64,000 nucleotides of DNA from assembly GCA_051294375.1 (NCBI GenBank), contig CM119271.1, forward strand, positions 4,545,353 to 4,609,352. Direction: 5' to 3'. The stretch comes from Paraspadella gotoi. Lineage: Eukaryota; Animalia; Chaetognatha. Numbering within the stretch: the first letter of the stretch is position 1; each line of letters starts with the position of its first letter. This document shows positions 11,676 through 23,899 of this stretch, piece by piece. Under the pieces are notes generated by a model that did no database searches, was not told where the DNA came from, and was given only the letters and a program-made list of their open reading frames with translations. The position numbers were made by a program, and so were the translations under genes.

Positions 11676-12939
11676 TTATGATTTTTTTTTGTTCTCCATT
11701 TGCATTTAAATTTATGGAAAATAATTCCGTCGGAACAAAGGTCGATCCCTTTTTTTAAACGATGTGTAATTGTCATCCGTGTGATCTATTATGATCTCGC
11801 GGCTGTTTTACATACAAAAGTATTTCTTGACGTTTAGAAAGAAAAGTTACATTTGTTGTCGAAGAGAAACTGTTTTCTCTTGTTTTGTTTGCGTTTTTTT
11901 TCCTTCTGGGAATTTCCCATAACCAAGGATTTGCGCGTTTACTCAGTTTTGACTTTTTTACTGTTATCCTCAACAAAAAAAAAAATTTTCTTGTGAAAAA
12001 ATATTGGTTCGTGACTTTACTTAAACTGCCGGCGATGAGAGACAAAGTGTGATAAGTTCAAGAAAACACTCTTATTTTATTTACAGTAATAATGAAAAGT
12101 AAAGATAATTGCAGCTCCCCGTCCACAACTTTAACAATTACCCTCAAAATTGATACTAAAACCATTGAATCACACCAAAAAAATCCTTGTCCATCACGTG
12201 TTTAAAGAAAATAAAAAGGAATACAAAAGTCCCGAGTAATTTTTCCACTTTCCAAATTTAACCGGATTTTTACGATTCTCGTAAAATTAGACAAACGATT
12301 AATTTTCTCCCTTTTTTTTTCGGCTGCGGAGAGGATTTTTTTTCCTTTTTCTCCTTTCTCCATTCCTTCTTTATTTCCTCCCTTCCCTCTCTCTCTTCTT
12401 TTTTATTCGCTTTCACACCTTCCTTCTCTCCTTTCCCTTTGATTTCTCTTTTTTTTTCCATTTTCATATTCGGTAAATTTCCCTTCCATCAAATAAATAC
12501 GATTCCTAAAAAAAAGAACCGTAAAAAAAAATATCCCACTCTCTAAGAAAACGTCGAAGAGCGGAGGCGTCAATCGCTCCCCTTACCTAACCCCCGCCCC
12601 TCGCCACACCCCAATCCACCGGCCAAACCCCACGCAACATCCCCCCCCCTGTTCTTCTACGTGTTCGAGCTCCTTCCCTTTGTACTCCTCATTCCACCGA
12701 CCGTGAGAGATGATGCGTCATAACTTATTCATTAATTCATTGAGACTCAATTCACAAATGAAATCAGGGACGCGTGTAAAAATTATTGTACCCCTTAACG
12801 GGTTTACTCACTACGAGACGAGATTCGTTTGGCGGGAATTGAATGAGAAACGAAATGGGGGGGCATTTTCCTTTCTCTTCTTTGCTTCTCTCATCGCTCA
12901 CTCTTATTTCTTTCACATTTGACGAATTGATCTTGGTGA

Positions 12940-13075
12940 GTTTTAAATTGCGCCGCGAGTACTCGCTTTTCGGTCGGTCTGTCGGTTGGTCGGTTTGTCG
13001 ATCGGTATGTCAGTCCGTCGGTCCGTCAAACTTATGTTACAAATGCTTATAACTCCCCTATAGTTGCCCATTTGT
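12940..13075 (+). mobile_element. HINE/DINE-1-like element fragment
   Basis: Palindrome GCGAGTACTCGC, then (GTCG/GTCC)n microsatellite, then CCCCTATAGTT, shared with the element at 300-410. Confidence 0.4.
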
Positions 13076-13598
13076 TAAGAAGGAAAAAAATCCTAAAATT
13101 TAAGTGACTACTAGCGCCGTCTCCAGGAAATCCTGAAACTATAAAGAATAAAAGACGGAATTCCGATGCAGTTCGTGTCATGCAATCCGATCTTCGCCCA
13201 TTCTCTTCCATAACGCCCCTCTTCAGCTTAAATTCTGAATTATTAAGTTAGTTTGTAAGTTTAAATATTAGGTTAGGAATTAAAGGCAGGCATTTTTAAT
13301 AATTTCCTATTTCTTTAACTTCTTCATCTCCTTCTTTTCCTATTTTCCCCTTTTTATCTCTAGTCTCATCTCTTAATATTTTCTTTTTTCATAATTTCCT
13401 ATTTCTCTCACTCCTTCATCTCCTATCCCATCCCCTTAATCTCCCAATTCTTTCTCTTCCTCTTTCCTCCCTTTCCTTTTCTTTTCTTTTTTTTTTTCCA
13501 TTTTTTTTCTTTTTCCTTCATTCGATCCGCGGCCTTCGTTTCAATTCTTGCGAAATCTCCCACGCCTCTCCCTTCTCCTTTCAAGAAACGCGGTCGCC

Positions 13599-13697
13599 AT
13601 GGCAACTCGCCTTGGTAACAGAATGTGGGCGAGAGAATTCTTCGTCTCTCTTATTATTTTAACGCTTTTGCTCGGAATAAAGTTACCAACTGCGACG
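13599..13697 (+). CDS. Exon 1 of putative secreted DNase I/EEP-family protein (signal peptide)
   Basis: Kozak context GTCGCCATGG; MATRLGNRMWAREFFVSLIILTLLLGIKLPTAT; phase-0 GT donor (weak consensus). Confidence 0.55.
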
Positions 13698-13987
13698 GTT
13701 TATAGAAAAGGGGGAACGTCTTTAAAAATTCTCTCGCTCTCTCTATCTCTGTCGCTCTCTATCTCTTTCTCTCTTTCTCTCTCTCTGTCTCTGTCTCTCT
13801 CTCTCTCTCCTTTTCCAAATTCCGTTGCTGAAACTGAAAGTGCAGATATAAACTTACAAAAGTTACTAAAATTATGTACACGCAAAAAAACTTCATCTTA
13901 TTGAAGGCCAAATATCCATGTTTTTCCGCTCCCTTCTGTTTTTTTTTAACCATCTCTCTCTCTATCTGTCTCTGTCTCTGTCTCAAG

Positions 13988-14057
13988 GATTCTGATCCTC
14001 GTCTCTCGATCGTCGCCTTCAATTTGGAAAACCGAAGCCGAAGTCAGAAGGTCGACG
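13988..14057 (+). CDS. Exon 2: EEP/DNase I N-terminal strand motif
   Basis: Long pyrimidine tract plus CAAG, phase 0; DSDPRLSIVAFNLENRSRSQKVD resembles DNase I LKIAAFNI. Confidence 0.5.
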
Positions 14058-14259
14058 GTCGAGATCGAAGAAAGGAGAAAGAAGGAGAGTAGAGATAGTA
14101 AAGGAAGGAGATGGGAAGGAGATGGCAGGAGATTAGAGATGATTAGAAAAAGAAGAAGATGGGAAGGAGATAAGTAGAAAATTAAAGAAAAGAGAGATAA
14201 GAAAAAGAGAAGTAAGATAATGAGAAAGAAAAGTCGGAAAGAGGAAAAGAAGGCCTCTC

Positions 14260-14492
14260 ACCTAACATTAGCCTTGACCCAAACGTTTATACCAAATTTC
14301 GAACCCTAACCCATAACCTTAGATACTAATCCCTAACCATTTTCCCTAATCTTTAACTTAGATAACCTTAATCACTAACTTAATCCCTAACCGAATCCTT
14401 ACCCCTAACCTCCTACCTAATTTTCCACTTAAAAAAAATTAAATTAATTCCAAATTTAAGAAGAAATTGAGCGTTTTGGGAAAATAAGGCCG
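14260..14492 (+). repeat. CCTAA-rich dispersed repeat, copy 2
   Basis: CCTAAC/CCTAAT array plus AAATTTAAG..GAGCGTTTTGGGAAAATAAGGCCG tail. Confidence 0.65.
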
Positions 14493-14606
14493 CAAAGACA
14501 AAAAGAAGAAGATCCATCCAAAATTAGCTAAAGAAGAAAAAACAAAAGGTCAAGAAGGAGATTAAAAAAAACTTTAAAAGTCGAGCAGCTCAAGTCTAAA
14601 ATGAAG

Positions 14607-14724
14607 GCTCATTTCTGACTCGATTATGGGTCTTGGGAATTATGGTCATTGTGCTCAAGAGTTCAAAAGGAAACTATTATGAGCCGAACGATCATTTCGG
14701 CTTTGATCGATTCTCATAGATAAT
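14607..14724 (+). CDS. Possible exon 3 carrying EEP 'VIVLQE' metal-binding motif (needs indel correction)
   Basis: GTCATTGTGCTCAAGAGTTC reads VIVL in one frame and QEF in the adjacent frame; donor AAT|GTATGA; poor acceptor tract. Confidence 0.3.
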
Positions 14725-15058
14725 GTATGATAATAAAAATAGCAATTGGTTTTCTGAATGAATTTGAAGTTTGGTTACCAGTAAAAGACGTGTCGTTTTG
14801 ATATGTTGTTCATAATATTTACCAATGAAAAGCTTTTTATTAGTGTTTTTATTTTGAATATAATTTACCAAGAAGATAATAAATTTTCACTACCGAGCAT
14901 TAAACTCCTAGTATACCGAAGGTTGCTCGTTTATACGAAAATTAGCTGATATAAATTGTCAGCTGAGTCAACTTGCCAACGAAAAAGCAAACACCACTGG
15001 CTTTTTTGTTAAAGTGTCTTAAGTTCACACAAGAATTTATCTCTCTCTCTCTCTCTCT

Positions 15059-15107
<49 letters not shown>

Positions 15108-15684
15108 AACAGCGATTCGTCAGCGCGAGAGAATTGATGACCTGCAAATGAAGACGAAAAAAGAGAAAAGAAAATAGAAAAAATAAAAAAAAGGAAAAAG
15201 AGGAAAGAGAGAGGAAAGAGAAATAAATGAGGAAGACTGAAAAAAAACATGGAACGCGGAATGTCAATTCGGATGCGATGAGGCGATCGTCGTTGTTGTC
15301 GTCGTTGTTGTTGTCTTCATCATCTTCGCTGTCGTCGTCGTCACTGAGAGGCTTCAGCTTCAGTCGCGTCATTAGTATTTTTTTTTCTTTCGAGTCGAAA
15401 TAGAAGTTTTTTCAAAAGATGATTGGTTTATGAAGGATTGAACCAACGAATGAGAGAGCTGAACAGCCAATTAAGTTTAAAAAAAAACAAGCGATGCGTA
15501 AAACAAACAAAGTAATAACTAACTATACTTAAATGTTAATTAACCGGTAAAAGATCAAACGTAAAATATATCAATACATAATAATTTAATCGTTGTTTTG
15601 CTTTTGTGTCAAAGAGAGAATAATATTATAGGGAAAAGCAGGAAGTATGAAGAAGAATGACGAGAAGAACAGCTCAGGACGTTA

Positions 15685-15810
15685 TCGACACAGACGTGGC
15701 CGACAAAGCAGTCGCCGACACAGACGTCGCCGACACAGCCATCGCCGACACAGATGTCACCGACACAGCCGTCGCCGACACAGACGTCGCCGACACAGAT
15801 GTCACCGAAA
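15685..15810. repeat. Minisatellite, 14-15 bp unit CCGACACAGACGTCG
   Basis: About 8 consecutive units are visible. Confidence 0.9.
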
Positions 15811-17194
15811 AGTCGAGGGGCGAGAAAAAGTAATCAAAAAGGGGAGAAAATCTGAGCTCGAAGNNNNNNNNNNNNNNNNNCGGGGTCATCGTCGGATGCC
15901 AGAATGAAGCCATTAAAAAGAGGAAAGGTGAATTGAAAATTTGAAAAGTGACAATTTTTAAATTTTGAGACTCGAAAGTTTAAAATAGAAAGTGTAAAGA
16001 AAATAGAAAATAGAAATAAAAAGAGGAACATTGTAAATGGAAATCGAGGAGGAAGAAAATTATTTCGTTGACCTGAAACTTTTGTTCGGGAGAAAAGAAG
16101 AATTGGGATCATCGACGATTCTGGAGAAGATTGGCGCCATGGCGCCGGGGGAAGAAAAATGCGGCGCTGCCGGGTCGGCATACGGTGCCAAACATCGGGT
16201 TGGAAAGTAGCGTAACGCGTGTGGGCTTTCCAGTGTCGGGGAAAGATTTAAAAAGGGAAGGGAAAGGAGCGAGTCGCAATTGAGGAGATAATGTCTAAAA
16301 CCGGGAAAAAGGACGACCTCGGAGATCTCATGGCGCCGGCCGAACGGAAAAAAAAAAGGACGCCCAGGCAGGGAGCAGAACCGGCGTCAAAGAGCAAAAA
16401 CGAGCGCGGCGCCGGGAACGTGAAACCACGGGTCCCCGCTGAGAAAAAAAAAAAGGCTCGAGACATTTTTAGACGAAAGGGAAAGAAAATATTGCGACTT
16501 GGAACGAAATTTACGCGATGTTCTCCATTTCTGTTTTTCAAAGGAAATAAAATTCAGTGACTTTAAGTCGAGTTCTGATTGGACGAGGTCTTCGCTTGAG
16601 ACGAGTGCTGATTGGCTAAGCGAGTCGAAGATGGAGGGAGAGGTAATAATTAGTTTTTTTAGTGATTTCACGAACGCTTTAACTCTTAGATTTTTAGTTA
16701 AAACGAGAGTTCTGGTTTGAAAAGTAGTTTATCGTTTAATTTAGCTGGCAAATTCTATAAAACTTTCTCTATTTCACAATTCTACTGAAAGTTGTAAAAC
16801 ATCGAGTTTAACGTTGACATTTTCACAAAACAGTCTGCTCGTGTACATATATTTTTCTCTGATATCGTCTTTTACTGCCTCTATTTCCCGCCAAAAATCG
16901 GGTCAGGGGTGACAAAGGTCGCGATTTACGATTATTCTCCCCCAGACTCCGCCTCTTTCCCCCCCCCCCAAAAAAAAAAGTATCCCACTTTTTTTTCGCG
17001 ATTTATTTGGGTGTTTTACGATCCATGTTATGGTTGGGTGGAGGGGGTGTTAAGAGGGTAAGATGGGTGGCGGAGGTGGGAGGCGAAAGGGCGAGTGGGC
17101 GTTTGTTTGTTTTTGAATCGTCGTTTGCAAAAAAAATAAAAATCGAGAATCGGATCGATGGAGGCTGAAGAGAAACACACCCTTGCATTTATTT

Positions 17195-17738
17195 GAGTCT
17201 GTTGAAAGGAGAGACAAAGTGAAATGGAGATGCAGAGAGTGAAGAGAGAGAGAGGGAGAGAGGAGAGAGTCTGTTTGAAGAGAACAAAGTGAAATAGGAA
17301 GTGAGAGAGAGAGAGACGAAGAGAGAGACAAGTGAGAGAGGAGAGAGAAGGAGAGAGAGAAGGAGATGAATAGCGAGGTAGGGTATATAGGGAAGTTTAG
17401 ACGATGTAGTTTAGTTAGTCTGTTGAGGAGAACAAGTTGAAATGTGAAATGGAATGAGGAGAGAGAGAGAGAGAGAGAGAGATGAGAAGAGAGATTCTGT
17501 TGAGAGAGACATAAAGTGAAATGAAGAATGGAGAGAAGTCGAGAGGAAGAGGGAGAGAGAAGAGAGTCTTGGTTGGAGAGTGAGAAAACAAAGTGAAATG
17601 GAACAGGAAGAAGAGTAGAGAGAGAGGGAGAGAGAGAGAGTCTGTTGAGAGAAACAAAGTGAATGGAATGAAGAGAGAAGAAGGAGAGAAGAGACGAGAG
17701 AGAGAGAGAGAGTCTGTTGAGAGAACAAAGTGAAATGG

Positions 17739-17772
<34 letters not shown>
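17195..17772. repeat. Minisatellite GTCTGTTGAGAGAACAAAGTGAAATGGAAT(GA)n, about 70 bp unit
   Basis: At least 6 units; reverse-complement copies occur at about 28900-29520. Confidence 0.85.
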
Positions 17773-20085
17773 NNNNNNNNNNNNNNNNNNNNNNNNNNNN
17801 NNNNNNNNNNNNNNNNNNNNNNNNNNNNNNNNNNNNNNNNNNNNNNNNNNNNNNNNNNNNNNNNNNNNNNNNNNNNNNNNNNNNNNNNNNNNNNNNNNNN
17901 NNNNNNNNNNNNNNNNNNNNNNNNNNNNNNNNNNNNNNNNNNNNNNNNNNNNNNNNNNNNNNNNNNAGAGAGAGAGAGAGAGAGAGGAGCTAGTAAAAAT
18001 ACAAAGAACCTTAACTGAGAATAACCTCAAGCGTTTGTTTGGTTTTTTTGGAGTTTTTATGGAGGTAAACTAAATTTCGTTTTCCTGCCAAAAGAATTTG
18101 GATATGCCTTTTGTCGGGAAAATCGAGCGCGTATAAAAAAACAGATAAAAGAAATGAAAATGATTTTTAAATTAATCAGTTTTACTTTATTTTTATTAGC
18201 CACACTTCGTTATTCTTTCCCATTAATCCATAGCATTCTGCATACAATTTTTTTACAATGCTTATTTACATCTATTTTTATAAGGATCAACTGAGATTGG
18301 TTCGAAAGCAAAAGAAACTGACACTGTTAAATTGACACTGTTAAATTGACAGTGTCAATCTTTGGTAGAGAGCGACAATTCCCCAAGTGTCAATCACGCC
18401 CGACTGCCAGTCAAGGCGCCTTTCACCCCAGACAAGTGACAAGTCGTAGCTTTGCAATTAAGTTAATTCACTCAATCGAAGTTGTTATTAAACACAACAC
18501 TGAATTCCCATTCCAAAATTTAATTATTAGATAAATAAAACATTTTTAAGAAAGAAAGCAATATATGTTTGATTAAATAATATAAATTAAATACTAAATC
18601 CTTCATAAAATAGAAAATAGTGAAACAAGTAATTTGAAAATTTTCATAACATAAGAAACTGGGATTTGTTTTTATTTTTTTCATTTTCAGTCTTTATGGA
18701 TACGACTGGTTTTGAAGTCGGAGTTTATTGAAGTTGAAGTAGNNNNNNNNNNNNNNNNNNNNNNNNNNNNNNNNNNNNNNNNNNNNNNNNNNNNNNNNNN
18801 NNNNNNNNNNNNNNNNNNNNNNNNNNNNNNNNNNNNNNNNNNNNNNNNNNNNNNNNNNNNNNNNNNNNNNNNNNNNNNNNNNNNNNNNNNNNNNNNNNNN
18901 NNNNNNNNNNNNTGCGAGGCCATCCACCATATGAATCGTAGAGGCCATCCAAATGAAAAGACATTAAAAAATATCGTATATTTTCATATAATATGATAAT
19001 AGTATCATATAAATGAACATGGACGAATGACTCGTGCCAGATTCTCATGGCCAAGGTTGTAAGGTTAAATTAATCCGACCAAATTTTATAGATGTTTTTA
19101 AAATGTTGGGAGAGCCATCAAGGCGAACAAAAGAATTAGACAAAAAGAAAACCGATCATCTGGCCNNNNNNNNNNNNNNNNNNNNNNNNNNNNNNNNNNN
19201 NNNNNNNNNNNNNNNNNNNNNNNNNNNNNNNNNNNNNNNNNNNNNNNNNNNNNNNNNNNNNNNNNNNNNNNNNNNNNNNNNNNNNNNNNNNNNNNNNNNN
19301 NNNNNNNNNNNNNNNNNNNNNNNNNNNNNNNNNNNNNNNNNNNNNNNNNNNNNNNNNNNNNNNNNNNNNNNNNNNNNNNNNNNNNNNNNNNNNNNNNNNN
19401 NNNNNNNNNNNNNNNNNNNNNNNNNNNNNNNNNNNNNNNNNNNNNNNNNNNNNNNNNNNNNNNNNNNNNNNNNNNNNNNNNNNNNNNNNNNNNNNNNNNN
19501 NNNNNNNNNNNNNNNNNNNNNNNNNNNNNNNNNNNNNNNNNNNNNNNNNNNNNNNNNNNNNNNNNNNNNNNNNNNNNNNNNNNNNNNNNNNNNNNNNNNN
19601 NNNNNNNNNNNNNNNNNNNNNNNNNNNNNNNNNNNNNNNNNNNNNNNNNNNNNNNNNNNNNNNNNNNNNNNNNNNNNNNNNNNNNNNNNNNNNNNNNNNN
19701 NNNNNNNNNNNNNNNNNNNNNNNNNNNNNNNNNNNNNNNNNNNNNNNNNNNNNNNNNNNNNGGGGGGCGTTAATCCGAGGCGGTAAACAAGGAGCGCTCG
19801 AAGAGGGTAAACAGTTTAGACTGGAACCAGATAACGAACCGAAAAAAAANNNNNNNNNNNNNNNNNNNNNNNNNNNNNNNNNNNNNNNNNNNNNNNNNNN
19901 NNNNNNNNNNNNNNNNNNNNNNNNNNNNNNNNNNNNNNNNNNNNNNNNNNNNNNNNNNNNNNNNNNNNNNNNNNNNNNNNNNNNNNNNNNNNNNNNNNNN
20001 NNNNNNNNNNNNNNNNNNNNNNNNNNNNNNNNNNNNNNNNNNNNNNNNNNNNNNNNNNNNNNNNNNNNNNNNNNNNNNNNNNNNN

Positions 20086-20122
<37 letters not shown>

Positions 20123-21650
20123 TATGAACTCTTAGACGACTTAGACTTAACTCTCGCCAAAAACACGACGAAATTCGATAAAAGAAATATGGAGGAAAGA
20201 AAAAGAAAAAAATGGAGGTAAGAAAAAAATGAAGTGAAAAAAGAAANNNNNNNNNNNNNNNNNNNNNNNNNNNNNNNNNNNNNNNNNNNNNNNNNNNNNN
20301 NNNNNNNNNNNNNNNNNNNNNNNNNNNNNNNNNNNNNNNNNNNNNNNNNNNNNNNNNNNNNNNNNNNNNNNNNNNNNNNNNNNNNNNNNNNNNNNNNNNN
20401 NNNNNNNNNNNNAAGAAAAAATGAAGGAAAGAAAAAGAAAAAATGAAGGAAATAAAAAGAAAAAATGGGGAAAATAAAAAAATGGAGGAAAGAAAAAGAA
20501 AAAAATGGAGAAAAGAAAATGGAAAAAAATTGAGTAAAGAGAAAGAAAAAATGGAGCAAAGAAAATGTAAAAAAATGGAGGAAAGACAAAGATAAAATAA
20601 AAGAAAAAAAATGGAGGAAAGAAAATAGAAAAAATGGAGGAAAGAAAAAAATGGAGGAAAGAAAATGGGAAAAAAATTAAGAGAAAGAAAAAAGAGGAAG
20701 ATGAAAAGGAATTCGGATGACGAACGACGATCATCACGACAAAAGAAAAAAAATGGCGTCGTTATTGGTGAGTAAAAGTCGATGAGGACGACGACGAGTG
20801 ATGAGAGGTCGGATCACGCCACGCGGCTGAGGAGTTGGCGCGCTGCGGAGCGTTGGAGTTTGAGCTACGCCGTCTATGATTTGGCGCGCTACGTTGAGGG
20901 TACGTATCCGGTTCATATTTAACTTCAATACTGCGCCACGCTACGGCACAGTAATATCGAACCAAAAAGCTACGCCACAGCTATTTCACCCCAGAGCTAA
21001 GCCAAAGTCGTATCACGCCACAGCTCCGCCACCGCCATATATCGCTCCACAGCTTCGCCACAGCCGAAGGAAATCGGGATGAAGGAGGAACTGGAATGAG
21101 ATCGAGATGGCGGCGGCGGAAACGATATAACATGGTCGGCGTCAAGGGTCGATCGAGCGGTCAATTCGAGATTGGGGTCAGAGGTCGCGGGAAAAAAAAG
21201 GGAGAAGTGGGGAGGGAAGGAAGGGGAGGGGAAGATGGGAAGAGGGGAAGGAAATAGAGGAAAGGAAATACATGGCGGAAAAGGGAGGAAGGGAGGAAGG
21301 ATAAGAAGAAAAAGAAGAGGAAAATTTGAAGGAAGAGAAAAAGGTGAGGAAAACGAAAGGTGAGGCGGAAAACTTGGAAGAACAAAGAAAATGTTTGGAT
21401 CCGTTGACATCTCCGCCGGTTTATATTTTCGGATGTTCCTTTTTGATCCAAAACTTATTAGTGTGATCACTAATGAACGGGAACAGCTGTTTTACAGAGA
21501 AAGTAAGAAAAGGTACGAAAAAACTGAACGCAAAAAAAAAAGAAAGACTTCGAAAAGGAAAAAGATAGAAAAAAAATAAAAGGAAAAAAAGAAAAATGAA
21601 AAAAAAGGAAAAAATATCGATAACCATCAAGAAAACTCGTCAGAAGAAAA
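17200..21650 (+). repeat. Left arm of large inverted duplication
   Basis: Colinear reverse-complement anchors: 17986-18040/28555-28615, 18690-18730/27742-27790, 19762-19849/26280-26390, 20120-20180/25785-25848, 20708-20830/25014-25152, 21391-21530/23990-24160. Confidence 0.9.
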
Positions 21651-23899
21651 TGTCTGTAGACGGTCAAACGCTGTGATCACCATCGGAAAAAAAGGCAGGA
21701 AAGGGGGAAAAACACATTCACTTTCTATCGCTCTCTAGCTCTATCTCTCCTTTTTTTTTTTNNNNNNNNNNNNNNNNNNNNNNNNNTATTTTTATAGTTT
21801 ATAAGATTTTACTTTAAAAACAAAAGGCGGCGGCCAGTAGTCCGCTTAATTTGATTTTTATACAAAAAAGCAACAAACTATAACCGGTCAAGTATATAGA
21901 GGACGGACGCGACGCGACCACCTAAAGTACTTATGCTAGCGCGATACGCGGACTAAAAATAGTCCTTGAGAAACCGCGTAAAAAATGCGGTGTTTCTCTA
22001 TCTCCGGCGAAACAATATCGATCAAGTTTAAAGTACAACGCTTAATACTGCCATTACTCAACAGATATACGGAATCGTGTCGGGAGACGAAAGACGAAAG
22101 ACCGAGCGAAAACATTTGCGAACTTAAAAGAATGCCAGAGTAAATTGACTAAACGTCCGGAACGAGTGAACACACTTTCACAAGAGAAAAAAAAATCGCT
22201 GTTTTTCGAAAAGAAGATCCGCTCCTTACATTTTATTCCTCCTCTTTCTCTCTCTCTCTCGGCTCTAGACTCCATCTCTCCTCTCTCATCTGCTCTCTCT
22301 CTCTCTCGTCTCTCTCTCCCCCTTCTTCTCGGCTACATATACGACACTGCCTAAGAGTAATTTTGCAGCCGTTTTATTTATAAGATTATCCCTCTCCTAC
22401 CCCCGCTCCCTCCTCTCTCTCCCTCCTCTCTCTCTCTCTCCTCTCCCCTTCTCTCTCTGTCTCCCTCCTGTCTCCTCGCCTCCAGGCCACCCCTCATCAA
22501 TCTCCTCTCTCTCTCTCTTTCTCTCTCATCCTCAACAAAATATTTTCATGATTATGGAAGTTGAGAGCAGAAAAAAATATTAACAATATTAATGTAACTA
22601 TGATGTCCCGCGCCTAGAGGTATAAAAAGTAATCTGAGCTCTCACCAGAAATTCCAAATTCACAAAAGACCCGGGGCCAACTGTGACCTGCAATCCACTC
22701 GGTCTTTTGTGACATTTAAGGATTCTCATCGTAAAACCGAAAACCTGGATTTTCGTTTTTCCTAAAGAACTTCACCATTACTTCTCCCGTGATTCTCGCG
22801 AGATTCGAGACTATCTACTTTGCGGTCTCAACCATTGGACGTTTTATTATCCCAGTCTTCTGGATTGTCTCCCGGCTCTCTCTGAACTCTCTGTCCCAAC
22901 CCACCCTCCCCCTCCTCTCCTCCCGTTCTCTCCTCCTGGGCACCCGGGCGCTCGATCTCACGGGGTCCTCAGTGTGATCTCTCTCCTTCCCTCATCTCTC
23001 ATTGTCTTCTGATCTTCTGTGCTCCATTTTGGCTCGCTTTGTCTCCACCATTCTCCCGCCCTTTAAAACCTTTGCTCACCCTTGATTTACTCCCCACTCC
23101 CGCACTGGAACTGACGACTCAACGGGGAGCAGGAGAGAGAGAAGAAAAGAGACAGCCAGCAGCCCTCCCCGTCAGAAGCAGATCACGATCACACACACAC
23201 AGAGAGCGAGACGAGAGAGAGAAGAGGACGAGCACCGCACGACACATCACACCAAATGAGAGAGAGCAGCGAGAGGTAAGAAGGGCGGCAAAAATAAAGA
23301 CCGCCACAAACTACACACACCACTCTTCTCTCTCTCTCTCGGCACATACGAGGCAGGGACGGAATGGAGCGCGGCCACCGCACGCACGCGCATCTCTGGG
23401 CCGCAAGACGAGCGGAGCCCGGAGAGTATCGCGAGAGCATCCAGAGAAGTGAGAGAAGAGAGACATACGGCAAAAAAATACCACCCGCCCCCACCCAAAG
23501 AAAATATCTCATTCACTGCAGACCCACCACAGACCACACGAAACAAACCCAAAAACAAGGAGAGATAGCCTAAAGACAGGCGATTTTACGCACCAAGCCC
23601 TCACCACTCCTCGTTTCCTCTTCCCCCCTCCCCTTTTGGCGCCTCCAGACCCCGTCGCCCCCGCACCCGTGTGTGTTCCTGCGTTTAATCTCCGTGTGAG
23701 TGTGCTTCCCGATGTTCTCTTCCGCAACCGGCCATCCCCAGCAAACCCAGCACTTTCTTCTTCTTTTCTGAGAGTGATATTTCTATCCCCTATTAGGATA
23801 GGTTATATACCCCGTATCACGTTGAGTTTTCGTCTTTCTTCTTCTTTTCATTTTTATTTTTTTTGTTTCATCTCCTTCTCGCCCCACTTTTTTTTGTCT

